64,000 bases of DNA from Patescibacteria group bacterium (GTDB lineage Bacteria; Patescibacteriota; Patescibacteriia; GWA2-46-9). The DNA lies in assembly GCA_041675205.1 (NCBI GenBank), contig JBAYUF010000001.1, positions 84,863 to 148,862 on the forward strand. The letters are read 5' to 3'. Below, in pieces: positions 41,212 through 49,891 of the stretch. Below the pieces are notes generated by a model. It searched no databases, was not told the DNA's origin, and saw only the letters and a list, made by a program, of their open reading frames with translations. Position 1 is the stretch's first letter, and each line of letters opens with the position of its first letter. The translations under genes were made by a program, and so were the position numbers.

Positions 41212-41222
<11 letters not shown>

Positions 41223-41358
41223 ACTACCGACTAGTTTTTCCACCAGAGGCGGATCCACCCTTGGTGGACAAGACTGTCGCCATTGTAACCACCGACTACC
41301 TAGAAGTCCCGCGAAGGCGGGGTCGGACACCTCTCCGCACTACCGACTAGTTTTTCCG
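41212..41358. repeat. direct ~30-bp repeat of the tRNA-Ser(TGA) 5' end plus flank (cacctctccgcactaccgactagtttttcc x2), with a partial anticodon-arm copy between
   Basis: Exact copies at 41212-41243 and 41328-41358. gactgtcgccat recurs at 41272-41283. Confidence 0.7.
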
Positions 41359-41446
41359 CTTTTGGCTGAGCCACTTCTTTACGAGGTAAATATACCAGTG
41401 ATTATGGCGTCGGCATAGTTTAGCTACTTCCCGATCGAATGGCAAA

Positions 41447-43234
41447 TTAACTTTCTAAAAATCCACCAGACTGATGTTCCCATAGTTTTACATAGAGTCC
41501 TTTCTGGTGAATCAATTCCTCGTGTGTGCCATCTTGAACGATTCTTCCTTGGTCTAGAACAATGATTCTATCTAAGTGTTTGATGGTAGAAAGTCGGTGA
41601 GCAATAACCAAAGCGGTTTTTCCTTTCATTAATTCCCAAAGTCCTTCTTGAATATATTTTTCTGACTCAGAATCTAGTGAGCTCGTCGCTTCATCTAAGA
41701 TGAGAATAGGTGCGTTCTTCAGCAGTGCCCGAGCAATGGCGATTCGCTGCCTTTGTCCGCCACTTAACTTGACACCACGTTCACCAACCAGAGTTTCATA
41801 CCCTTGCGGCAGTTGGTTGATGAATTCATCAGCGTGGGCGATTTTTGCTGCTCGTACTATCTCTTTTTTGCTTGCCTTACTATTTCCATAGGCAATATTT
41901 TCAAGCAAAGAACGGTGAAAAAGTAGTGGTTCTTGGGGAACATAACCAATCGCTTCTCGGAGTGAAACCTGACTAACCTTCTGGATATCTGTGTCATCAA
42001 TTGTAATCGTACCTGAGTTAACATCAACAAATCGAAGAAGTAACTTTGTCATCGTTGTCTTTCCGCCACCGCTTGGACCGACTAAACCAATTTTTTGATG
42101 CCCTTCAATTTGAAGGCTAAGGTCACGAAGGAAGGGCGTATGTTCATCATTCCCCGAATAGGTAAAGGTAATTTTGTTGAAACGTATTGCACCGTTTTTA
42201 ACATGAAGCGTGGTTGCTCGGGGAGCGTCTTCAATAAGTGGTGCGGTTAGAAAAAGTTGCGTTAGCTCAGCCGCTTCGCTAACAGAAGATTCAAATTGAC
42301 GGTAGACCTTGTTGATTTCCCAAAGGACTCGCGTAGTGAGAGCGTAGTAGGAAAAAATAATCATAATTGCACCGGCGGACAACCCTAGTTGTTCTGCAAA
42401 TAGTACGGCAGCGATGAGCCCGCAGGTGTTGGTGAGCACATAAATAGGTGAGATTACCGTGTCGAATCTCAGGTTTTGAAAATTTGCTGCCCGTCTGTAT
42501 TTATCAGTAAAGTCAGCAACGTAGGTGCTAAAATTTTCTAATTCCCATTTTTCTTTTGCAAAGGACTTAATAATAATCATGTTGCCGATGGCGTCAGATA
42601 ATTTTCCAGCAACTCTGCTGCTGGCATCATGACGAAGGGATACCAAGTGAGCGCGGCGGCGAATAATTGGTAGAGCGACAACGAGAGCAATCACGATCCA
42701 CATTACAAGTATGAATGGCAGCCACGGTGAGTACTGCCATAGGACAATGAGCGCAAAAAGTATTGGGAAAATATTATTTGTCACACTGAACGCCAGTGTA
42801 TCGGTGAACGTTTCGAAATTTCTAGAGAAGGCCATAGCCTTCTTGGTTAATGAACCAACAAAGTTATTAGCGTAGAAGTCATAATCTCGGTCAGAAAGTC
42901 GTTTAAAAACAATTCTGCCAAGGTTGTAAAAAGCATTGGCTTCGATTTTTACCAAATAATGAAAACCAATTCTCCAAAAAATTTCACCGAGCATCCATAA
43001 ACTTGCAAAAGCAAAGATGTATGGCGCAGCGGTTGTAAGTGAGATGGTGCCATCAGCGACAAAAATGTTAATGAGTCGGCCGACAATGAGTGGGGGGACA
43101 AAAAAAACGAAAATCGTACCAGTTGCTGGCATAAGAAACGCTGCCAGCGAGTACCAGGGGTAGGCCCGGTATTGATCGGTAAAGTCCCGCAGTACTTGTC
43201 GTACTGCATCAGGAGTAATAAGTTGCTCTGCCAT
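41447..43234 (-). CDS. ABC exporter, fused permease/ATPase (MsbA-like multidrug/lipid exporter family)
   Basis: Six TM segments followed by an NBD with Walker A GPSGGGKTT, signature LSGGQRQRIAIARAL and Walker B ILILDEATS. Confidence 0.85.
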   Translation of the reverse strand: MAEQLITPDAVRQVLRDFTDQYRAYPWYSLAAFLMPATGTIFVFFVPPLIVGRLINIFVADGTISLTTAAPYIFAFASLWMLGEIFWRIGFHYLVKIEANAFYNLGRIVFKRLSDRDYDFYANNFVGSLTKKAMAFSRNFETFTDTLAFSVTNNIFPILFALIVLWQYSPWLPFILVMWIVIALVVALPIIRRRAHLVSLRHDASSRVAGKLSDAIGNMIIIKSFAKEKWELENFSTYVADFTDKYRRAANFQNLRFDTVISPIYVLTNTCGLIAAVLFAEQLGLSAGAIMIIFSYYALTTRVLWEINKVYRQFESSVSEAAELTQLFLTAPLIEDAPRATTLHVKNGAIRFNKITFTYSGNDEHTPFLRDLSLQIEGHQKIGLVGPSGGGKTTMTKLLLRFVDVNSGTITIDDTDIQKVSQVSLREAIGYVPQEPLLFHRSLLENIAYGNSKASKKEIVRAAKIAHADEFINQLPQGYETLVGERGVKLSGGQRQRIAIARALLKNAPILILDEATSSLDSESEKYIQEGLWELMKGKTALVIAHRLSTIKHLDRIIVLDQGRIVQDGTHEELIHQKGLYVKLWEHQSGGFLES

Positions 43235-43359
43235 AGACAGTTACTTTAGCCAATTTCGTGAATATGTCCATTATAATAGAAAAAACTTCTGCAATGTGGC
43301 AGAAGAAGTTCAGCTGGTGAGGTAGGTGGAGGATTGTTTCGAAATGATTTCTGAACGAC

Positions 43360-43789
43360 CCTGAGGGAGGGATTTCCGGCGTGTCTCGTCGTCAGCAGTA
43401 CGACTCAGTGCTCTAATTTGAAGGGGAGGGATTCGCCTACAAATCGCTTCGGCTTCCGCCTCAGCGTTCGCAGGCCGCCCCTCGCGGTCTTCGTCGTCAG
43501 CAATACTCCTCAGACATCGCTGCGGGCTTCTCACCCCTCACACGAGCAAATCAATTTGCTCGTTCCCTTCCTCGGAACACTGACATTATTATATTTATCT
43601 TTTGGTATGTTCCTCGGAAGGTGGGTCGGGAATCGGTCACAACTCTCGTCGGCTTCCGCCTCCTCGGTCGCGACCCCGCCTCACGGTCTTCGTCGTCAGC
43701 AATACTCCTCAGACATCGTTCCGGCTTTCGAATCCCTCACGCGAATGAAGCAGTTCATTCGCTCCCTTCCTCGTTCACAAAGTTCACTT
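43360..43789. repeat. array of degenerate tRNA-Ser(GCT) 3'-end copies (43420, 43608) with a 28-31-bp repeat family (43384-43414, 43489-43518, 43690-43720) and repeated hairpin+tcccttcctcg blocks, 3' of the intact tRNA
   Basis: cgtcgtcagcaatactcctcagacatcg occurs twice, ~200 bp apart. gaaggggagggattcgcc and ggaaggtgggtcgggaatcgg mimic the tRNA 3' end. Confidence 0.65.
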
Positions 43790-43879
43790 CGGAAGGGGAG
43801 GGATTCGAACCCTCGGTACGGAAAAAAACCGTACAACGGTTTAGCAAACCGTCGCCTTAGGCCACTCAGCCACCCTTCC
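43790..43879 (-). tRNA. tRNA-Ser (anticodon GCT), long variable arm, CCA not encoded
   Basis: Reverse complement has GGAAGGG/CCCTTCC acceptor, anticodon loop TTGCTAA, a long extra arm and T-loop TTCGAAT. Confidence 0.85.
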
Positions 43880-44099
43880 GTATGCATCTGGCTACGCCAG
43901 ATTATAAAAAACCGTCGGCTTCGTGCCCCCGGGGTTGTTTTTTACAACCCGCCGAATGCTGCGCCTTCTCGCATTCAGCCCACTCAGCCACCCTTCCATC
44001 AAGTATTTAACGTCTGCCAAGTGTAGCCGCGAGGGGTCGATTCGTCAATTGACAAAATTGACCCAACACAGGCATTTCCGTATACTTCTCAAGTAAACT

Positions 44100-44594
44100 A
44101 TGGAAGAGCAAACAGATACAGATAGAAAGCCAGTTCGTTTTCAATGGGTGGTACCGGAGTACCACGAGTATGACCGTAGTCGGGAATGGTATATTGTTGC
44201 GGGGCTATGCGCTCTTTTTTTTCTGGGCATTGCCATTTGGTATCAAAATTTTCTCGGTGCAGTTTTGGTGCTCATCCTGACCATTATTGTGGTTGCCCAG
44301 CATGGTCAAACACCAATTGACGTAGCCGTTGAGCTAAGGGAAGACGGTATTCAGATAGGATCCGCCTTCTTTCATTATCGCGACTTGCAAAGTTTTTGGT
44401 TCATTTATGAGCCGCCTGATGTGAAAACCCTCTACTTTGATTTCCGCAGTCAATGGAGGGTTCGATTGCCTGTTCCATTGCAGGATATGGACCCAGTCGC
44501 CATTCGTGCTATGCTGCTGCAGTATCTTGAGGAGAATTTGGAACGTGAAGCAGAGCCAACCAGTGATTCCTTAAGTCGTTGGTTACAATTATAG
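44100..44594 (+). CDS. hypothetical membrane protein (164 aa, two TM helices)
   Basis: Clean ORF with a hydrophobic hairpin (IVAGLCALFFLGIAIWY / LGAVLVLILTIIVV). Confidence 0.5.
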   Translation: MEEQTDTDRKPVRFQWVVPEYHEYDRSREWYIVAGLCALFFLGIAIWYQNFLGAVLVLILTIIVVAQHGQTPIDVAVELREDGIQIGSAFFHYRDLQSFWFIYEPPDVKTLYFDFRSQWRVRLPVPLQDMDPVAIRAMLLQYLEENLEREAEPTSDSLSRWLQL

Positions 44595-44615
44595 AAACAA
44601 CGTTCTTCGTTGTGC

Positions 44616-44689
44616 GTCCCTGTAGCTCAGCTGGATAGAGCGCAAGCTTGCGGAGCTTGAGGTCGCAGGTTCGACCCCTGCCGGGGACG
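44616..44689 (+). tRNA. tRNA-Arg, anticodon reads GCG, CCA not encoded
   Basis: GTCCCTG/CGGGGAC acceptor, D-arm GCTC/GAGC, anticodon stem CAAGC/GCTTG with loop TTGCGGA, T-loop TTCGACC. Confidence 0.7.
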
Positions 44690-44710
44690 CAGAGCGCGGA
44701 ACATTAAAGC

Positions 44711-46777
44711 GTGAAGTACCATACGTTAACCAGTTCAATTGCAATACTTTCCGGCGTGGGGCCGAAGCGTGCTGCTTTGTTTGCGCAGCTTGGTATTAAC
44801 ACCATTGAAGATTTGCTATTGCATGCCCCCAGCGGCTATGTTGATTATTCACACCTGGCCACGATTGCAGAAGCCGGAGCAGGCGAACCCATTGCGCTGC
44901 GGGGTGAACTATCAAGCGTAAAATCTCGTCGCAGCTTTCGAAATAGAAAAGTATCGATTCATACAGCCACATTTTCAGACGATACTGGCAGCATTCAGGT
45001 AACGTGGTTTAATCGGTTTTCTATTCCTGCACTGCGTAGTGGCCCTGTGTATTTGACGGGTGTAATGCAGCTGGTTGACGGTAAGAAGCAAATTAGTAAC
45101 CCAATCGTTGAATCTGGGGACTGTGAACCGGTCGTCGCAAATCACATACTTGCGGTTTATCCTTTAACAAAAGGGCTTCAGCAGTGGCACGTCCGTCATG
45201 CAGTAGCTGCGGCGTTACCACTGCTTTCTAAATGCACTGACCCACTGCCTGGTCAGATTCGTGTGGCAAATAAGCTCGTTACTTGGTTGGAGTCGATACG
45301 AGATATTCATGCCCCACGTGACTTGCAAGTCGTTTTAACTGCCAGGCGACGGTTGGCCTTTGATGAATTACTAACATTTCGATTGGCACAGGCATTTGTG
45401 GCTCGAGATGCGGGCAAACAACGTTCGCATAAAATTACGGTTTCAGCTTCAAAGCGAGCAACGTTGTTGGCGCAGCTACCATTTCAGTGCACGCCTGAGC
45501 AGCAGCAAGTGCTTGAGGCTGTTTTTGAGGACATTGCGAAATCCAAGCCAGCCCGTCGATTAATTCAGGGTGAAGTAGGAACTGGCAAAACCGTGATTGC
45601 TGGTATGGCGCTTGCGGCTACTGTCCAGCAAGGCTTACAGGGATTGTATCTAACCCCGACCGATGTACTGGCCCGTCAACAGTATGAAACCCTGCATACG
45701 TGGCTAGAAGGCCTTGGGGTTAAGGTTGCCCTACTGACAGCTCGGACAGGCCTGTATGCTGGTCTCCCCGCCACGCCGCTAGCAGTACGAAGGCTTGCAG
45801 CTAGTGGAGAGCCAGTACTATTTGTTGGAACTCATGCGGCTGTTACCCACAAAACGACATTTTTAAAACTCGGGTTGGTTGTAATTGATGAGCAGCACCG
45901 TTTTGGCGTTGGACTTCGTCATCGAGCGTTTCAATCAACCGGCCGTTCACTCGTTCCCCATACTATTTCTATGACCGCCACACCAATTCCGCGAACATTA
46001 CAGCGAGCTATGCTGGAAGGCTTTGTTTATTCGACGCTTCATACGCCGCCGTTTGGTAAGCGACGAGTACACACTGCCATTGTGCCCACAGACAAACGTT
46101 CGATTGCTGAGGCCCGTTTACGAAAACGTTTACAGACAGGTGAGCAGGCCTTTGTTGTTTGTCCGCTCATTGACCCATCAGATGTGCTGGGTGTTCAGTC
46201 AGTGCAGGAAATGTTGCTGCACCTTCGGCACGTTTTACCAGACAGCACTATTGCCGCAGTACATGGGCGTCTTTTGCCGGCGGAAAAAGTGTCTATTTTT
46301 GCTGATTTTAAAGCAGGTAAGATTCAGGTTTTAGTAGCAACAACAGTAATTGAAGTTGGTATTGATGTTCCAGCCGCGACAATAATGGTGATCGAGGGCG
46401 CGGAACGATTTGGCTTAGCACAGCTGCACCAATTGCGTGGACGAGTTGGTCGTGCGGGCGGTGAAGGTTTCTGTTTGCTGTACGTAACCAAAATGACTGC
46501 TCGGGTACTTCACAGGCTGCGTTTATTTGCGAAGACCGATGACGCTTTCCGTTTGGCCGAGTTGGATTTATCACTGCGCGGTCCGGGTGAATGGTTTGGC
46601 TTTCGACAATCTGGTTTTCCTGAGCTGCGATTTGCCGACCTTTCAGATTCCGAAACACGTGCCCTGGCTGATTCAGCGGCGGAGACACTTTTGCGCATTG
46701 ACCCTAAGGGAGCGACGTATCGAAAATATTATGAGGCTGCGCAAAAGCTATGCAGCAGCGCCGATACTGGTCTTTAG
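44711..46777 (+). CDS. recG: ATP-dependent DNA helicase RecG
   Basis: Walker A GEVGTGKT. RecG-type motif VVIDEQHRFGV. Wedge-domain N-terminus. 688 aa. Confidence 0.9.
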   Translation: MKYHTLTSSIAILSGVGPKRAALFAQLGINTIEDLLLHAPSGYVDYSHLATIAEAGAGEPIALRGELSSVKSRRSFRNRKVSIHTATFSDDTGSIQVTWFNRFSIPALRSGPVYLTGVMQLVDGKKQISNPIVESGDCEPVVANHILAVYPLTKGLQQWHVRHAVAAALPLLSKCTDPLPGQIRVANKLVTWLESIRDIHAPRDLQVVLTARRRLAFDELLTFRLAQAFVARDAGKQRSHKITVSASKRATLLAQLPFQCTPEQQQVLEAVFEDIAKSKPARRLIQGEVGTGKTVIAGMALAATVQQGLQGLYLTPTDVLARQQYETLHTWLEGLGVKVALLTARTGLYAGLPATPLAVRRLAASGEPVLFVGTHAAVTHKTTFLKLGLVVIDEQHRFGVGLRHRAFQSTGRSLVPHTISMTATPIPRTLQRAMLEGFVYSTLHTPPFGKRRVHTAIVPTDKRSIAEARLRKRLQTGEQAFVVCPLIDPSDVLGVQSVQEMLLHLRHVLPDSTIAAVHGRLLPAEKVSIFADFKAGKIQVLVATTVIEVGIDVPAATIMVIEGAERFGLAQLHQLRGRVGRAGGEGFCLLYVTKMTARVLHRLRLFAKTDDAFRLAELDLSLRGPGEWFGFRQSGFPELRFADLSDSETRALADSAAETLLRIDPKGATYRKYYEAAQKLCSSADTGL

Positions 46778-48126
46778 GAAGAGAGCGTTTTAAGAAGTGT
46801 GGTCGCTTCTAGAAGTGTTTGTGCGATGAGTTTCTTTGGTTGACTTGGTAATTTTTCGTCCACTCGGGGGCTCGCAATGATTGCTGCAGTAATACCGAGC
46901 CGTTTGGCTGTTTCTAGGCGCCGAGCGGCTTCTGATACAGGACGAACGTCACCGTGCAACCCTAACTCGCCGTACGCCATAAGTGTTCGCGGGACCGGCA
47001 GATTGTGTATGGCACTAATGATTGCAAGCGCTACTGGCAAATCAAGCGCCGGCTCGGTTACTTTTAGTCCTCCAACTAAGTTACAGTGAATATCAAAGTT
47101 CGAAAGTGACTTCCGAAACTGTTTTTCTATAACCGCAGTTATAAGCTGCAAACGATTCGTATCAAAGCCGCTACTCCGTCGTTTGGCATTACCAGAGCGG
47201 GTCGGGGATAGCAAGGCCTGTACCTCGACCAGAAAAACCCGTGAGCCTTGCACAAGCGGCGCAAGCATTGTGCCAGGGACGGGACGTTTCGTGAGATCGA
47301 TGAAGGTAGCCGAAGGGTTTTGTACAGGACACAAACCTGCGGCCGCCATTTGCCACACACCAATTTCTGTAATACCGCCAAATCTATTTTTAATAGCTCG
47401 AAGTATTCGATGTAAGCCGTCGTCGCTTTTTTCAAAGTATAGAACAGTATCAACCGTGTGCTCGATTAGTTTTGGTCCAGCGATGCCGCCGGTTTTTGTA
47501 ACGTGTCCAATGATGACAATGGGTGTTGCTGTATGTTTGGCAATCTCAAGCAGCGCATCTGTTGCATCGGCCAGGTCTCTCGGTCGGTTTGCCGTAGCAC
47601 CGCGTTCTGTGCGCATGGTTTGTAAAGAATCAATAACGACGAGTGCGGGTTTTAGGGTTGCAATGCCATGAGTAATATTTGCAATCGTTGGTTCGTCGAG
47701 AAAGTGCAGTGCGTCATTTGTAATGCCTCCCAAACGGTTCAGACGAAGCCGAACCTGCTCACCTGATTCTTCACCTGAGACGTAGAGAATAGAGCGATTA
47801 GCCAGTGCCAAGTGTCGAGCAATTTGCAGCAGGAGTGTTGATTTTCCTACACCAGGGTCGCCGCCAATCAGAATAAGTGCGCCGGCCACAACTCCACCAC
47901 CCAAGACCCTGTCGAATTCTTCGTCGCCAGTGGGGAAACGGGTTGCGCCTTGTGGTGAGGAAAAATTACGAAGCGACGTTGCCGCCTTTGTGGCAGTAGT
48001 CTTTGCCGCTTTTACAGGCGCTGAAACGATAAGCGTACCCCAGGCTTCACAGTTGCGACATTTACCTTCCCATTTTGGGAAGTGGGCGTTGCAGGCTGCG
48101 CAGGAATAAGAAGCGACCTGTTTCAT
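46774..48126 (-). CDS. radA: DNA repair protein RadA/Sms
   Basis: N-terminal C4 zinc finger (CSAC…CRNC). Walker A GDPGVGKSTLLLQ. Lon-like C-terminal domain. 450 aa. Confidence 0.9.
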   Translation of the reverse strand: MKQVASYSCAACNAHFPKWEGKCRNCEAWGTLIVSAPVKAAKTTATKAATSLRNFSSPQGATRFPTGDEEFDRVLGGGVVAGALILIGGDPGVGKSTLLLQIARHLALANRSILYVSGEESGEQVRLRLNRLGGITNDALHFLDEPTIANITHGIATLKPALVVIDSLQTMRTERGATANRPRDLADATDALLEIAKHTATPIVIIGHVTKTGGIAGPKLIEHTVDTVLYFEKSDDGLHRILRAIKNRFGGITEIGVWQMAAAGLCPVQNPSATFIDLTKRPVPGTMLAPLVQGSRVFLVEVQALLSPTRSGNAKRRSSGFDTNRLQLITAVIEKQFRKSLSNFDIHCNLVGGLKVTEPALDLPVALAIISAIHNLPVPRTLMAYGELGLHGDVRPVSEAARRLETAKRLGITAAIIASPRVDEKLPSQPKKLIAQTLLEATTLLKTLSS

Positions 48127-48129
48127 GAG

Positions 48130-49191
48130 CTATTTTGTCGCTGTGCAGTCGTTCATTTCAATGTGCATATGGGGTGGTTTCGTTTCCCAGAGTGGGGGTT
48201 CATACCCACCACCGATATTTGGACACTTTGCTACTATAATGTCGCGTATCCTATCAAAGTCTTCAAACGTTCTTGCTCGTATATCGACTGCGCATGAGAA
48301 TCCCGATGGTAGAGAGCCAGATGAAAGCTCACCATAGTGCTTAGAGCCACGGTGATGTTGGCAGTTTGTACTGCTACTGTACGTTTCGTTTGGGTCCCAA
48401 GGGGTGCAGGTTCCTTTGGCAATATTATCGTCAGAGATGCTGTTAAATGTTACGTCTACATTGGACTTGATACAGCTCATCAATTCAGCTAGTTGTTTTG
48501 TTGCGTGCGCTCCTTGGTCAGAAGCAATTGGTAAATCGGAGAAGGTATCTTCGCCAAGTGTGACCTTTGTGCAACAGCAAACGTTTGTTCCCTCTGTTGG
48601 TTGTGGCTGGGGGCAAGAGGAGAAATTGGCGTAGGCCGCGCCTGGGCATTGCTCACTGCCGGCTGGGAATTTTTCTAAATCGCGCCATGAACAAAATTGC
48701 GCAGCATCAATGATGGCCTTTTGTTCGAGTGGTACATTAGCAATATATGCTAAGTTCAGCGCAGTGAACTTCGTTAGCTGGGGGTTAACCGTGTAGAGGA
48801 TTACATATGAACCGAGCATGAGTACAAGCCCTATGACAGCGCCGCCAGCGTAGGTCTGGGCGAGGGAGATTCTATTCGTGTTTCCCGCAGCCGTTAGCCA
48901 TATAAAACCAGAAACTAGTAACACTATGGCCGCAAGTAGTGTAGCGGCGCTAACCGCTAGAATATATAAACTGGCTATGTATTCGCCAATCCAGGGTATG
49001 CCGATGCACCTTTGAGTGGGATTTGAAATATCCGAGCATGCAGTGGGCGCTCCAATAGCTGAAAAGTCTACGATTTTAAACGTTAAATCAGGTACTTTAA
49101 ATTTCGGCTCTTCAGCCTTCGCTACTGTGCCAACGAAAGAAATGGTCAACGACGCAACGAGTACCGCCAGTGCTATGAAGCGCCGGTTCAT
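48130..49191 (-). CDS. secreted VirB2/TrbC-like two-helix pilin domain fused to a Cys-rich extracytoplasmic domain (copy 2, paralog of 13992-14990)
   Basis: Signal peptide. [16 protein letters not shown] … AGGAVIGLVLMLGSYVILYTVNP is conserved with copy 1. The C-terminal domain is divergent and carries ~12 Cys. Confidence 0.6.
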   Translation of the reverse strand: MNRRFIALAVLVASLTISFVGTVAKAEEPKFKVPDLTFKIVDFSAIGAPTACSDISNPTQRCIGIPWIGEYIASLYILAVSAATLLAAIVLLVSGFIWLTAAGNTNRISLAQTYAGGAVIGLVLMLGSYVILYTVNPQLTKFTALNLAYIANVPLEQKAIIDAAQFCSWRDLEKFPAGSEQCPGAAYANFSSCPQPQPTEGTNVCCCTKVTLGEDTFSDLPIASDQGAHATKQLAELMSCIKSNVDVTFNSISDDNIAKGTCTPWDPNETYSSSTNCQHHRGSKHYGELSSGSLPSGFSCAVDIRARTFEDFDRIRDIIVAKCPNIGGGYEPPLWETKPPHMHIEMNDCTATK

Positions 49192-49192
49192 A

Positions 49193-49891
49193 TTATTGCT
49201 TCGTAGCGTGGAGATTAATGACTTGTGTCAGTTCTTCGCTCGTAATGAGGCCGGACACTCGCTGGTCATTTATGAATAGATACGGAGTACCATCCACACC
49301 AAGCGCGTTACCTTCTTGTACGTTTCGCAATACCATATTTTTCGCTTCAGTACTTTCCATGCAAGCCGTAAAGGTATTCGATTTCAAACCCAACGCTGAC
49401 CCAAGGGCTAGTAGGTTGTCTTGGTAGTGGTTTGTGGTAGCAAATAGCGCATCGTGAAATTCCCAGAACTTACCTTCTTTACCGGCACACCAGGCAGCTG
49501 TGTGGGCTACGAGCACATTTGGGTGTACAGACGAAACAGGAAAATCGCGCCAAACGAGACGTGCTTTTTTATTCGTGTCCACCTCACTCTTTAAAAGCGT
49601 CGCCATGTCCCGACAGTAGGGGCAATCAAAGTCAGAAAAAATAACAATTTTTACCGGTGCGTCTGAAGCGCCGTATGAAAAATCATCAGACCGTGTGGTG
49701 GGTTCGGTTATCGTGGGCGTTCTTGTCCCAGTGACAAGTGGGTTACCAGCAGGCTCGAACGTACTCCCGGTGTTTATGGGTTGGGATGTTGTTGGTAGAA
49801 GCGTAAAGCGTAAAAAGAGGTATAACGTAACAATGGCTGCTAACAGTATGGCACCGACAAACGGGAGAAGGGTTGTTTGTGATTGTTTCAT
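49193..49891 (-). CDS. DsbA-family thiol:disulfide oxidoreductase, N-terminal TM anchor (copy 2)
   Basis: CPYC active site within FSDFDCPYCRD. GVDGTPYLFIND cis-Pro region. Paralog of 13306-13989. Confidence 0.75.
   Translation of the reverse strand: MKQSQTTLLPFVGAILLAAIVTLYLFLRFTLLPTTSQPINTGSTFEPAGNPLVTGTRTPTITEPTTRSDDFSYGASDAPVKIVIFSDFDCPYCRDMATLLKSEVDTNKKARLVWRDFPVSSVHPNVLVAHTAAWCAGKEGKFWEFHDALFATTNHYQDNLLALGSALGLKSNTFTACMESTEAKNMVLRNVQEGNALGVDGTPYLFINDQRVSGLITSEELTQVINLHATKQ

Noticed and set aside
43380-43730. Possible CRISPR array suggested by recurring 28-31-bp repeats
   Set aside because: Only 3-4 copies are present, the spacing is irregular (~100 and ~200 bp), the copies diverge, and no cas genes are in the window. 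They look like att-like or tRNA-flank repeats instead.
43418-44026. 202-aa plus-strand ORF spanning the tRNA-Ser(GCT) repeat region
   Set aside because: It overlaps an intact tRNA gene on the opposite strand and runs through the repeat array. The peptide is low-complexity (R/S/P-rich). It is an artefact of GC-rich repeats.
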